From Solirubrobacteraceae bacterium (lineage in GTDB: Bacteria; Actinomycetota; Thermoleophilia; Solirubrobacterales; Solirubrobacteraceae): a stretch of DNA of 45,656 nucleotides. The notes beneath the pieces are model-generated. The model did not search any database and was not told the DNA's origin. It worked only from the letters and a program-made list of their open reading frames with translations. Both the position numbers and the translations under genes were made by a program. The stretch spans positions 1 through 45,656 of the forward strand of contig DATAEY010000026.1 in assembly GCA_036257715.1 (NCBI GenBank), given 5' to 3'. Shown here piece by piece: positions 17,745-25,857 of this stretch (the first letter of the stretch is position 1; every line of letters begins with the position of its first letter).

Positions 17745-19066
17745 GCCCGGGCCCGCTCGGCGGCCCCGCCCTGGGGGTCGCGCTCCCCGGTCAGGGCGCG
17801 GCGCAGCAGGTGCATCGCCACGGTCGTCGCGCGGTCGCGCACGTCCGCCCGGTTGCCGGGGAGGTTCACCGAACGCGCGAGCGCCCCGGCGTCCCGCTCC
17901 AGCACGCACAGGCAGACGTACCCGACCGGCTTGTGGGCGGTTCCGCCGCCCGGGCCAGCCACGCCGGTAAGGCCGACCCCGACGTCGGTGTCGAATGCCG
18001 CGATCGCCCCGTCCGCGAGCGCGCGCGCGACCTCAGGGGAGACCGCCCCGTGGGCGGCGATCAGCTCGGCCGGCACGCCGGCCAGCCTGCGCTTGGCCTC
18101 GTCGGCGTAGGTCACCAGCCCGCCCGCCACGTACTCCGAGGCCCCAGGGCGCTCGGTGAGCCGCGCCGTCAGCAGCCCACCCGTGCAGGACTCGGCGACC
18201 GCGATCCGCCGAATCGGCGGACCCAGCAACAGGCGGGCCACCTGCTCGTCGACCGTGGAGCCGTCGTCCGAGAACAGGGTGTCGGCGTGTCGCGCCCGGA
18301 TCGCCTCCTCGAACGCCAGGTAGACCTGCTCGTCGGCCGGCTCGTAGCGCGTGGCCAGCTCGATCTCGCCGCGCCGCAGACAGGTCGTGATCTCCAGGCG
18401 CTCGATCGCCACCCCGGCGGCTTCGATCTCGCGCAGCGACGCCGCGATCTCCGACTCGGGGATCCCGAACATCCGCAGGATCGACTGCCGGTACGTGGTG
18501 GCGCCGGCGATCGCGGCGCGGAACGCCTCGGTGGCGACGGCGTCTCGCCACATCGGCTGCAGCTCGCGCGGGGGGCCGGGCAGGACCACCACGGTGGGCC
18601 CCGAGCCTCCGGCCGGGGGGACGACCAGCCCCGGCGCGGTCCCGACCGGCTCCAGGACGGTGGCGCCCTCGGGGACGACCGCCTGCTTGCGGTTCGAAGC
18701 GCGTATCGCCTCCTCGTCCAGCCCAGGCCAGCGGGCGAGCAACGGGCGCAGGATCTCGGCGATCCGCCGTTCCAGCCCCTGGTCGAGCACCATCCGGCGG
18801 CCGCAGAACCCACCCACCACCTCGGCGGTCAGGTCGTCGGCGGTGGGCCCCAGCCCGCCGCTGGTCACGATGAGATCGGCGCTCTGGGAGGCCAGGAACC
18901 GCAGGGCGGCAAGCATCGCTTCCGGGCGGTCCCCCACGATGGTGTGGTGGATCAGGTCGACGCCCAGATCCCGGAGACGCTCGGACAGCCATGGGCCGTT
19001 GCGGTCGCTCACCCGCCCGCTCAGCACCTCGGTCCCAGTGACCAGGATTCCGGCGCGGGTCGGCAC
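17741..19066 (-). CDS. cinA: CinA-family protein (MoCF-binding domain plus nicotinamide-nucleotide amidohydrolase PncC domain)
   Basis: [33 protein letters not shown] and the C-terminal [10 protein letters not shown]...GVAGP.GG are present. The start is GTG at 19066. Confidence 0.9.
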   Translation of the reverse strand: MPTRAGILVTGTEVLSGRVSDRNGPWLSERLRDLGVDLIHHTIVGDRPEAMLAALRFLASQSADLIVTSGGLGPTADDLTAEVVGGFCGRRMVLDQGLERRIAEILRPLLARWPGLDEEAIRASNRKQAVVPEGATVLEPVGTAPGLVVPPAGGSGPTVVVLPGPPRELQPMWRDAVATEAFRAAIAGATTYRQSILRMFGIPESEIAASLREIEAAGVAIERLEITTCLRRGEIELATRYEPADEQVYLAFEEAIRARHADTLFSDDGSTVDEQVARLLLGPPIRRIAVAESCTGGLLTARLTERPGASEYVAGGLVTYADEAKRRLAGVPAELIAAHGAVSPEVARALADGAIAAFDTDVGVGLTGVAGPGGGTAHKPVGYVCLCVLERDAGALARSVNLPGNRADVRDRATTVAMHLLRRALTGERDPQGGAAERARA

Positions 19067-19144
19067 TAGATGATCGATTCCGCGGCCGCGTGTGCGCGGG
19101 GGCGGGGAAGGTGGTGACGGGTGCCGGAGGGCCAGCAGGGCGAA

Positions 19145-19168
19145 GCCGATACCCGTTGCGGTATCGGC
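19145..19168 (-). terminator. Perfect 9-bp hairpin (GCCGATACC-N6-GGTATCGGC) between the rodZ-like gene and cinA; a possible U-tract-less terminator
   Basis: I read this directly from the sequence. There is no T-run after the stem, so a terminator function is uncertain. Confidence 0.3.
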
Positions 19169-19256
19169 GAGCCCGATGACGCCGATCCAGCGAAGCTATT
19201 CCGGGTCATCCGCATGCGCGCGGTCGTGGGATCGGTCACCTGACCCGCGGCGCGGC

Positions 19257-19994
19257 CTAGCACGCGTTGTCGTTGTCCGACAGCCGCCGCCGACCGGCGG
19301 GGGTCAGCTCGTAGTTGATGGCGTTGGCGCTCTCGGGCACCGTCATCGTCTGGCCGTCGACCTTCATCTGCAGGGAGCTGTTGCCCAGCGTCAGGCGGAA
19401 GCGCCGCGAGCGATAGGTCTTCTGCTCGGCGCCGGGCTCGAGTGTCTCGTTGAGCAGCAGCTTGTCCTTCGAGTTGCGCAGGCAGACGTAGACGGAGTCG
19501 GTGGGGATCAGCTGCAGCGAGACCCGGCGGGGCCTCGCGGGCGCCTGCGCCGCCCGGCGCGACTTCGAGGCGGGCCCCTTGGGCGTGCTCAGCGTCGCCG
19601 ACTTGCGCTCGTTGAGCGATCCCAGGATGGTCAGCAGGACCAGCAGGCCGATGATCGTCAGCCCGATGGCCCAGCCGCGCGAGATGGTGGGCGGCCGGAT
19701 CCGTCGCGGCCGGTCGGCCCCGAGGTTGGATGCGAGCGGCTGGACCTCGTGCTCCACCGGCAGCTCGTGGCGCAGCTTGTACTCGTCCACCAGCATGCGC
19801 CCATCGATGCCCAGGTAGTCGGCGTACGTGCGCAGGAAGCTCTTGACGAAGGTGGGACCGGGGAGCAGGTGCCACTCCTCGTTCTCGATCGCGCGCAGGT
19901 ACTTCGCCCGGATCTTCGTGGCCGCCTCGACCTCGGAGATGTCGATTCCGGCGCGCATGCGCGCCTCCCGCAGTGTGGCGCCGATGTCCGGCAT
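19257..19994 (-). CDS. RodZ-like protein (HTH_25, one TM helix, DUF4115)
   Basis: The N-terminal HTH reads IGATLREARMRAGIDISEVEAATKIRAKYLRAIENEEW..LPG..FVKSFLRTYA. It is followed by a TM helix (WAIGLTIIGLLVLLTILG) and a DUF4115-like beta-rich C-terminus. Confidence 0.75.
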   Translation of the reverse strand: MPDIGATLREARMRAGIDISEVEAATKIRAKYLRAIENEEWHLLPGPTFVKSFLRTYADYLGIDGRMLVDEYKLRHELPVEHEVQPLASNLGADRPRRIRPPTISRGWAIGLTIIGLLVLLTILGSLNERKSATLSTPKGPASKSRRAAQAPARPRRVSLQLIPTDSVYVCLRNSKDKLLLNETLEPGAEQKTYRSRRFRLTLGNSSLQMKVDGQTMTVPESANAINYELTPAGRRRLSDNDNAC

Positions 19995-20045
19995 CAGCCC
20001 GTCGAAAGGCTAGCGGCGGCCGGTTGCATGCCCGACGCGCGCCGC

Positions 20046-22508
20046 TCAGGCGGAGTCGATCTCGACCGGCCCGTCGTCGGCCGAAGGCTCGGGAGCGCCG
20101 GTGTCGCGATCCCCGAGCTGGCCGATGATGCGCGGGATGTCGGCCTCGCCGATCAGCACCTGCCGTGGCTTGGAGCCCTCGTAGCCGGAGATCACGCCGC
20201 GGCGCTCGAGCATGTCGATCAGGCGTCCGGCGCGCGTGTAGCCGAGCCGCAGGCGCCGCTGCAGCATCGAGGTCGAAGCGGTCCCCATCTGGGCCACCAG
20301 GGCGATCGCGTCCTCCAGGAGCGGGTCCTCGTCGGGATGGAAGTCCTCGTCGCCGCCGGCGTCTGAGTCCTCCTCCACGACCTCCTCGAGCAGCTCCTCC
20401 CGGAACTCGGGCTCGCCCTGGCCCCGCCAGGCCTGGGTCAGCACCGCGATCTGAGCCTCGTCGATGTACGCGCCGAGGATGCGCTGCAGCCGCGACGAGC
20501 CGATCGGCGAGAACAGCATGTCGCCCTGGCCCAGCAGCGACTCCGCGCCGTTCTGGTCGAGGATGACCCGTGAGTCGGTCTGCGACGAGACGGCGAAGGC
20601 GATCCGCGATGGGACATTGGCCTTGATCATCCCGGTGATCACGTCGACCCGCGGGCTCTGCGTGGCCAGGACCAGGTGGATCCCCACCGCGCGGGCCTTC
20701 TGAGCCAGGCGGATCACCGCATCCTCCACGTCGGCCGGAGCGACCATCATCAGGTCGGCCAGCTCGTCGATCACGCACAGGACGTAGGGCAGCGGCGGCT
20801 CGCCCCGCTTGGCCCGCGCCCGGTTGAGCTCCCCCAGGTTTCGAGTGCGCGCGAGCGACATGATCCCGTAGCGCTGCTCCATCTCGCGCACCAGGTTGGC
20901 CAGCGCGTTGGCCGCCATCCTCGGGTTCGTGATAACCGGGGTGAGCAGGTGCGGAATGGAGTCGTAGTGGCTGAGCTCGACCTGCTTGGGATCCACCAGC
21001 ACCATCCGGACCTGGCTGGGCGTGGCGCGCAGGAGGATCGACGACAGCATCGCGTTGATGCAGCCGGACTTCCCGGACCCCGTGGTGCCGGCGACCAACA
21101 CATGGGCGAGGTTGACCAGGTCGGCGCCGATCGCCCTTCCCGCCACGTCCTTTCCCAGCCAGACCGTGAGCGGCGACCAGTCGGCCGGCGGCTCCTGGAA
21201 GACGTCACCCAGATGCACGATCCGCCGTCGCTGGTTGGGAACCTCGACCCCGACCGCCTGCTCGCCGGGGATCGGCGCCAAGATCCGGATCTCGGTGGCC
21301 GCCAGCGCGTAGGCCAGGTCGTCCTTGAGCTGCGCGACCTTGGCCACCTTGGTTCCGGGCGCCAGCCGCAGCTTGTAGCGGGTGATGTGCGGCCCGGTGA
21401 CCGTGCCCACCACCTTGGCGTGGACGCCGAAGTGCCCGAGCGCCTCGAGCAGCTGGGCGGCCACCGCCTCCTGGTTGGAGGTGTCCGGGCGGGCGGCGTC
21501 CCCCCGCGAGCGCTTCAGGAACGATGGGTCGGGAAGCCTCCACTCGAAGTCGGGGTCCTCGACCACCGAGGCGCGGTAGCGCCCCTGCGGCGTCAGCTCC
21601 GCGCCGGTCGGCGAGGCGGCGGGCGACAAGGTCGTGGAGCCGCTGGCGGACTCGTCGGCGTCGGCCTCGGCGTCGCCGGTCGGCGGCCCATCGTCCGGCG
21701 CATCGCACCCGGACTCGCGGGCGAAGTCGAACAGCTCCGGACGGTCCAGCGAGGGGGCCTCCACGTGTGTGGCGCGGACCACCAGGTCGGGGCCGGAGGG
21801 CTCGGGCGGCGACACCGGGCCCGCCGGCGGCGGTTCGGCCGCCCGGACGCGGTCCCGACGCAGGGCGGCGCCCAGCTCGGCGGTGGAGGAACGCAGCCGC
21901 CGGCCCGCGCCGGTCAGGCCGCCACGCGCGGCGTCGACCACGCCCGCCAGCGTGGCCCCGGTCACCAGCAGCACGCCCGCGGCGAACAGGAACACGGCCA
22001 GGATGTGGGCGCCGAGGGGCTGGACGGCTCGATCTGCGACCGTGTACAGCGCCTCGCCGACGACGCCGCCGTGCTGCTGGACGAAGCCGGTTTCCCAGGT
22101 GCCGGGCCGAGCGCCGCCGGGCCCCAGGCCGAGCGTCCCGGCGGCGAAGCCGAGGGTCAGGGCGCACAGCAGACACGCGCCTCCCGCGCCCAACGGCCGG
22201 CCCGAGCGAAACAGCGGGCGCATGATCACCAGCCCGCCGGCGACGGCCAGCGCGACGGGCGCCGCGTATACCAGCGCCCCGAACATATAGGCGAAGCCCG
22301 CCGTCAGCACCGCGCCCACCTCCCCCCCGGACCAGCCGAGATACAGCACGCAGGCCAGGAACGCGCCGAGCGCGACCAGCGCGAGCCCGATCAGGTCGAA
22401 GTCGCGCTGCTCGAGGATCGGCAGGCGAAGCCAGACGCCGGCGCCGAAGCGCCGGCGCCGCGGCTTGCCGCGCCGGCGCCTGCGGGCGGCGGCGGTGCGG
22501 GTGGGCAT
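20046..22508 (-). CDS. ftsK: DNA translocase FtsK/SpoIIIE
   Basis: N-terminal TM helices and a Pro/Ala-rich linker precede the motor domain (VAGTTGSGKSGCINAML, VIDELADLMM) and the C-terminal gamma wHTH domain (STSMLQRRLRLGYTRAGRLIDMLE). Confidence 0.95.
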   Translation of the reverse strand: MPTRTAAARRRRRGKPRRRRFGAGVWLRLPILEQRDFDLIGLALVALGAFLACVLYLGWSGGEVGAVLTAGFAYMFGALVYAAPVALAVAGGLVIMRPLFRSGRPLGAGGACLLCALTLGFAAGTLGLGPGGARPGTWETGFVQQHGGVVGEALYTVADRAVQPLGAHILAVFLFAAGVLLVTGATLAGVVDAARGGLTGAGRRLRSSTAELGAALRRDRVRAAEPPPAGPVSPPEPSGPDLVVRATHVEAPSLDRPELFDFARESGCDAPDDGPPTGDAEADADESASGSTTLSPAASPTGAELTPQGRYRASVVEDPDFEWRLPDPSFLKRSRGDAARPDTSNQEAVAAQLLEALGHFGVHAKVVGTVTGPHITRYKLRLAPGTKVAKVAQLKDDLAYALAATEIRILAPIPGEQAVGVEVPNQRRRIVHLGDVFQEPPADWSPLTVWLGKDVAGRAIGADLVNLAHVLVAGTTGSGKSGCINAMLSSILLRATPSQVRMVLVDPKQVELSHYDSIPHLLTPVITNPRMAANALANLVREMEQRYGIMSLARTRNLGELNRARAKRGEPPLPYVLCVIDELADLMMVAPADVEDAVIRLAQKARAVGIHLVLATQSPRVDVITGMIKANVPSRIAFAVSSQTDSRVILDQNGAESLLGQGDMLFSPIGSSRLQRILGAYIDEAQIAVLTQAWRGQGEPEFREELLEEVVEEDSDAGGDEDFHPDEDPLLEDAIALVAQMGTASTSMLQRRLRLGYTRAGRLIDMLERRGVISGYEGSKPRQVLIGEADIPRIIGQLGDRDTGAPEPSADDGPVEIDSA

Positions 22509-22604
22509 ATCAGCGCACCCTTCGACGTCCGCCCGCGCGACCCTTCGCGAGCGCTGCGCCCGCGCGCCTGCGCGGAAATCGGCCCGCCAACCGGTGGGAG
22601 GGCG

Positions 22605-22610
22605 TACAGT
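22605..22610 (+). promoter_or_regulatory. Candidate -10 (TACAGT) giving a leaderless mRNA for the HExxH protein
   Basis: TACAGT lies 6 nt upstream of ATG 22617, with no SD. Confidence 0.35.
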
Positions 22611-22616
22611 CGGTCC

Positions 22617-23711
22617 ATGCCGCGACCGCTATCGATCGACCGCTGCCGTCGTGCGGCGGCCCGGGGGGCGCCCCTCGGGGTCCTGGCCGTCGTAGTCGTT
22701 GCGGCGCCGAGCCCGGCGACGGCGGCCCGCCCGCGACTGGCGCCGTGGAGCGCCCGGGCCCCGGCCGGCGGAGCCGCCCGACCGATGCGCGACACGCTGC
22801 TTCGGACCGACTCTGTGGCGCTCCGCCCAGCCCGCGCCGCCGCCGCCAACGTGTACCGCACGCGGCGCAACGAGCCGCTCCGGGTGATCCTGTCGCCGGC
22901 GTTCATCCCCAATAGGGCGGCCGTGCAGAGCTTCGTCGACTTCATGGGGTCGCGCCTGCATGGCAGGGAGTTCAGCCGGCTGACCGTCTACTTGGCGCCG
23001 CTGCGCGAGCTCGAGGCCCGCTGCGCCCCGGGGGCCATCGCCTGCTACTCGCCCACCCTGCAGCTGCTGGTCGGCCCGGGCGAGAACACGCCGGCGGGCC
23101 AGTACACCAAGGAATTCGCCGTCACCCACGAGTACGGACACCACATCGCCCGGAACCGCAACAACTCGCCGTGGTCGGCGCTCGTTCGGGGTCCGAAGCG
23201 CTGGGGCACCTTCCACCATGTCTGCCAGCGCGTGGCGGCGCACCAGCTCTTTCCCGGCGACGAGGGCGCCCAGTACGTTGCCAACCCGGGAGAGGCCTGG
23301 GCCCAGGCCTATGCCTTCCAGCACTATCCGACCGGCCAGCCCTGGCAGTTCACGCCGCTGCTGGCGCCGGTCCCGGGTACGCGGCCGGCCGTCCGCGGCG
23401 ACGTCCTGTCGCCCTGGCACGGCCTCACCACGCTGGTCAGGCGCGGCGCCTTCTCGACGGCCGGCGCCCGGGTGGCCACGCGCACCTTCCCGACGCCCCT
23501 GGACGGACGGGTCACCTTCGCCCTATCGGGCCCGTCGGGGTCGAACCTCGACCTGGACGTGGTCGTGGGTGGCCAGGTGGCAGCCAGCAGCCGGCGAGGC
23601 GGCAGCCGGGAGTCGATCGCCGGCGACCTGTGCGGCGCGCGGCGGATCGCCGTCCGAGTGACCCGTATACGTGGCGCCGGCGCGTTCCGGCTGGTGGCGC
23701 GACTCCCCTGA
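22617..23711 (+). CDS. Secreted HExxH metallopeptidase-like protein with a C-terminal PPC-like (pre-peptidase C-terminal) domain; uncharacterised family
   Basis: Only the last 364 aa of track ORF 20676..23711 look real, because the upstream part is antisense to ftsK. The start is ATG 22617. The signal peptide is RRAAARGAPLGVLAVVVVAAPSPATA. A THEYGHH motif is followed by NPGEAWAQAYA (a possible third ligand Glu). The tail reads SGPSGSNLDLDVVVGG.VAASS..GSRESI....CG...IAVRV.R..GAGAFRLV, which is PPC-like. Confidence 0.6.
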   Translation: MPRPLSIDRCRRAAARGAPLGVLAVVVVAAPSPATAARPRLAPWSARAPAGGAARPMRDTLLRTDSVALRPARAAAANVYRTRRNEPLRVILSPAFIPNRAAVQSFVDFMGSRLHGREFSRLTVYLAPLRELEARCAPGAIACYSPTLQLLVGPGENTPAGQYTKEFAVTHEYGHHIARNRNNSPWSALVRGPKRWGTFHHVCQRVAAHQLFPGDEGAQYVANPGEAWAQAYAFQHYPTGQPWQFTPLLAPVPGTRPAVRGDVLSPWHGLTTLVRRGAFSTAGARVATRTFPTPLDGRVTFALSGPSGSNLDLDVVVGGQVAASSRRGGSRESIAGDLCGARRIAVRVTRIRGAGAFRLVARLP

Positions 23712-23722
23712 GCCGCGTCGTC

Positions 23723-23771
23723 TAAAGCATCCGTAAAGTTCGCTTCGGCGCGGTCCTCGGGCGCGTACCAT
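23723..23771 (+). promoter_or_regulatory. Candidate autoregulated promoter of the two-component operon: TAAAG direct repeat with 11-bp period plus -10 TACCAT
   Basis: TAAAG occurs at 23723-23727 and 23734-23738 in a locally AT-rich patch. TACCAT at 23766-23771 lies 8 nt upstream of ATG 23780. Confidence 0.3.
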
Positions 23772-23779
23772 CGGGGGCC

Positions 23780-24463
23780 ATGAACGAGACGCGTCCGCCC
23801 CGGGTCCTGGTTGTCGAGGACGACCGTCCGATCGCCGAGGTCCTGCAGCGCTCGCTGCGCATGGAGGGCTATGACGTCCGCACCTCCGGGGACGGCCGGG
23901 AGGCGCTCGACGCGGCGCACGCCTTCCTTCCCGACCTGGTGGTCCTCGACCTCGGGCTGCCGGGCCTCGACGGCATCGAGGTGGCCCGCCGCCTGCGCGC
24001 GCATGACGACACGCCGATCCTGATGCTGACGGCTCGCGACGCGCTCGAGGCCCGGGTGGAGGGGCTGGACTCGGGCGCGGACGACTACCTGGTCAAGCCG
24101 TTCGAGCGCCAGGAGCTCCTGGCCCGCATGCGTGCCCTGCTGCGGCGGCGGCCGCCTCGGGGCGCCGCGCCGCTGGTCACCGGCGACCTCATGCTCAACC
24201 CCGACACGCATGATGTCCGGCGCGGCGACCGCCGGCTCGAACTCACGCAGCGCGAGTTCGAGCTGCTCGAGTACATGATGCGCAACGAGCGGATCGTGAT
24301 CTCGCGTCAGCGGCTGCTGGACGAGGTGTGGGGGTACGACCCGTTCTCGCTGACGAACACCATCGAGGTGTTCATCTCCAACCTACGAAAGAAGCTCGAG
24401 GCCAATGGGGAGCCCCGGCTCCTTCATACGATCCGCGGCGCGGGCTACGTCCTCCGCGTATAG
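23780..24463 (+). CDS. OmpR/PhoB-family response regulator
   Basis: The receiver domain reads VLVVEDD...DLVVLDLGLPGLDG...LMLTAR...GADDYLVKPF. The winged-helix output domain reads LT.REFELLEYMMRN...V.SR..L...VWGY. Confidence 0.92.
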   Translation: MNETRPPRVLVVEDDRPIAEVLQRSLRMEGYDVRTSGDGREALDAAHAFLPDLVVLDLGLPGLDGIEVARRLRAHDDTPILMLTARDALEARVEGLDSGADDYLVKPFERQELLARMRALLRRRPPRGAAPLVTGDLMLNPDTHDVRRGDRRLELTQREFELLEYMMRNERIVISRQRLLDEVWGYDPFSLTNTIEVFISNLRKKLEANGEPRLLHTIRGAGYVLRV

Positions 24464-25841
24464 GCGCCTGCCGATCCGCTGGCGGCTGGCCGGCGGGTCG
24501 GCGGCGCTCACGCTGGTCATCCTGTGCGGGTTCGCCGCCATCGTCGGCGTACTCACCACCCGCCAGATCCGCTCCGACTTCAACGACCGAGTCCGCGCCA
24601 GCGCCGAGGACCTCCGCGACCGCATAGTCGTGCGACCCGGTCCCACCCCTCACTGCCTGGGCCCGGACCTGGACGCCTACGGTGGCGGCGAGAACGCCCA
24701 GATCCGAGTCCTCACGCTCGACGGAGAGCTGGTCTGCCAGACGCGCAACGCCCCCGACCTGGGGTTCCCACGGGTCTCCACGGTCGAGGTGAGCGGCTAC
24801 CGGGTGGAGACGAGGATCGTGCCGGTGCCGCCGTTCGGGCGGACGGTGATGCAGTATGCGCGGCCGTTGTCCGAGGTCCGGCAAACCGCCGGCAAAGTGC
24901 GGGTCTTCCTGGTTCTGGGGGTGCTGGGAGGGGCGCTCCTGGCCCTGGCCGCCGGGCTGGCCGTCGCCCGCCGGGCGATGGACCCGATCGCCGAGCTCAC
25001 CGGCACCGCCCGAGAGATCGAGCGTACCCGCGACCCGAGCCTGCGCGTGCCGCACCCCGAGGCGGACGACGAGGTCGCCGAGCTGGCTCGCACGCTGGAG
25101 GGCATGCTCCAGGCGCTCGACGCCGCGCGGTCCGAGACCGAGGCGACCCTCGCCCGCCAGCGCGACTTCGTGGCCGACGCCTCCCACGAGCTGCGCACCC
25201 CGCTCACCACCGTCCTGGCCAACCTCGAGCTCCTGGCCGTGGAGCTGCGCGGCGACGAGGCGAACGCCGCCGAGGCGGCGCTGCGCTCCTCGCGGCGGAT
25301 GAAGCGGCTGGTGGGTGACCTGCTGCTGCTGGCCCGGGCCGACTCCGGGCGCCTGGACGCGCGCCAGAGCACGGACCTCGGCGGGGTGGTGAGGGGGGCG
25401 GCTGGCGAGCTCGAGCCGCTCGCGGTCGACCACGTCCTGTCGGTCAGCGCCCGTCAGGCCTGGGTAGAGGGGTCGCACGACGAGCTGCACCGGCTGGTCG
25501 CCAACCTGATCGAGAACGCGCTGCGCCATACGCCGGTCGGCACCGAGGTCCGGGTCTCGGTGCGCCAGCTTCACGGAGAGGTGCGGATCGTGGTCGAGGA
25601 CGACGGCCCGGGAATCCCGTCCGCGATGCGCCCCTACGTGTTCGACCGCTTCGTGCGGGGCGGCGGCGAGCGGGCGGGGTCGTCGGGGCTGGGGCTGGCG
25701 ATCGTGCGCGCAGTGGCCGAGTCCCACGGGGGGTCGGTCACGCTCCAGGACGGGCGCAGCGGAACCGGCGCGCGCTTCGTCGTGCGCCTGCCGGCCGCAG
25801 AGCACGTGCCGGCTGCGGTCGAGGAGCTGGCGCCCACCTGA
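24405..25841 (+). CDS. Sensor histidine kinase (two TM helices, HAMP, HisKA, HATPase_c)
   Basis: The H-box SHELRTPLTT, the N-box LIENALRHTP and G-boxes DDGPGIP / GSSGLGLAIV are present. The only canonical start is ATG 24405, which overlaps the regulator gene by 59 nt. The family-typical N-terminus (RRLPIRWRL) begins right at the regulator stop, where only a CTG (24472) is available. Confidence 0.85.
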   Translation: MGSPGSFIRSAARATSSAYRRLPIRWRLAGGSAALTLVILCGFAAIVGVLTTRQIRSDFNDRVRASAEDLRDRIVVRPGPTPHCLGPDLDAYGGGENAQIRVLTLDGELVCQTRNAPDLGFPRVSTVEVSGYRVETRIVPVPPFGRTVMQYARPLSEVRQTAGKVRVFLVLGVLGGALLALAAGLAVARRAMDPIAELTGTAREIERTRDPSLRVPHPEADDEVAELARTLEGMLQALDAARSETEATLARQRDFVADASHELRTPLTTVLANLELLAVELRGDEANAAEAALRSSRRMKRLVGDLLLLARADSGRLDARQSTDLGGVVRGAAGELEPLAVDHVLSVSARQAWVEGSHDELHRLVANLIENALRHTPVGTEVRVSVRQLHGEVRIVVEDDGPGIPSAMRPYVFDRFVRGGGERAGSSGLGLAIVRAVAESHGGSVTLQDGRSGTGARFVVRLPAAEHVPAAVEELAPT

Positions 25842-25857
25842 GGGCGCGCTTCCGGCC

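Noticed and set aside
22517-22547. A direct repeat ACCCTTCG (22517 and 22540, 23-bp period) in the ftsK/HExxH divergent spacer.
   Set aside because: On the ftsK strand these read GAAGGGT. The proximal copy is simply the ftsK SD, 9-10 nt from the ATG, and the second copy may be coincidental. There is not enough evidence to call an operator.
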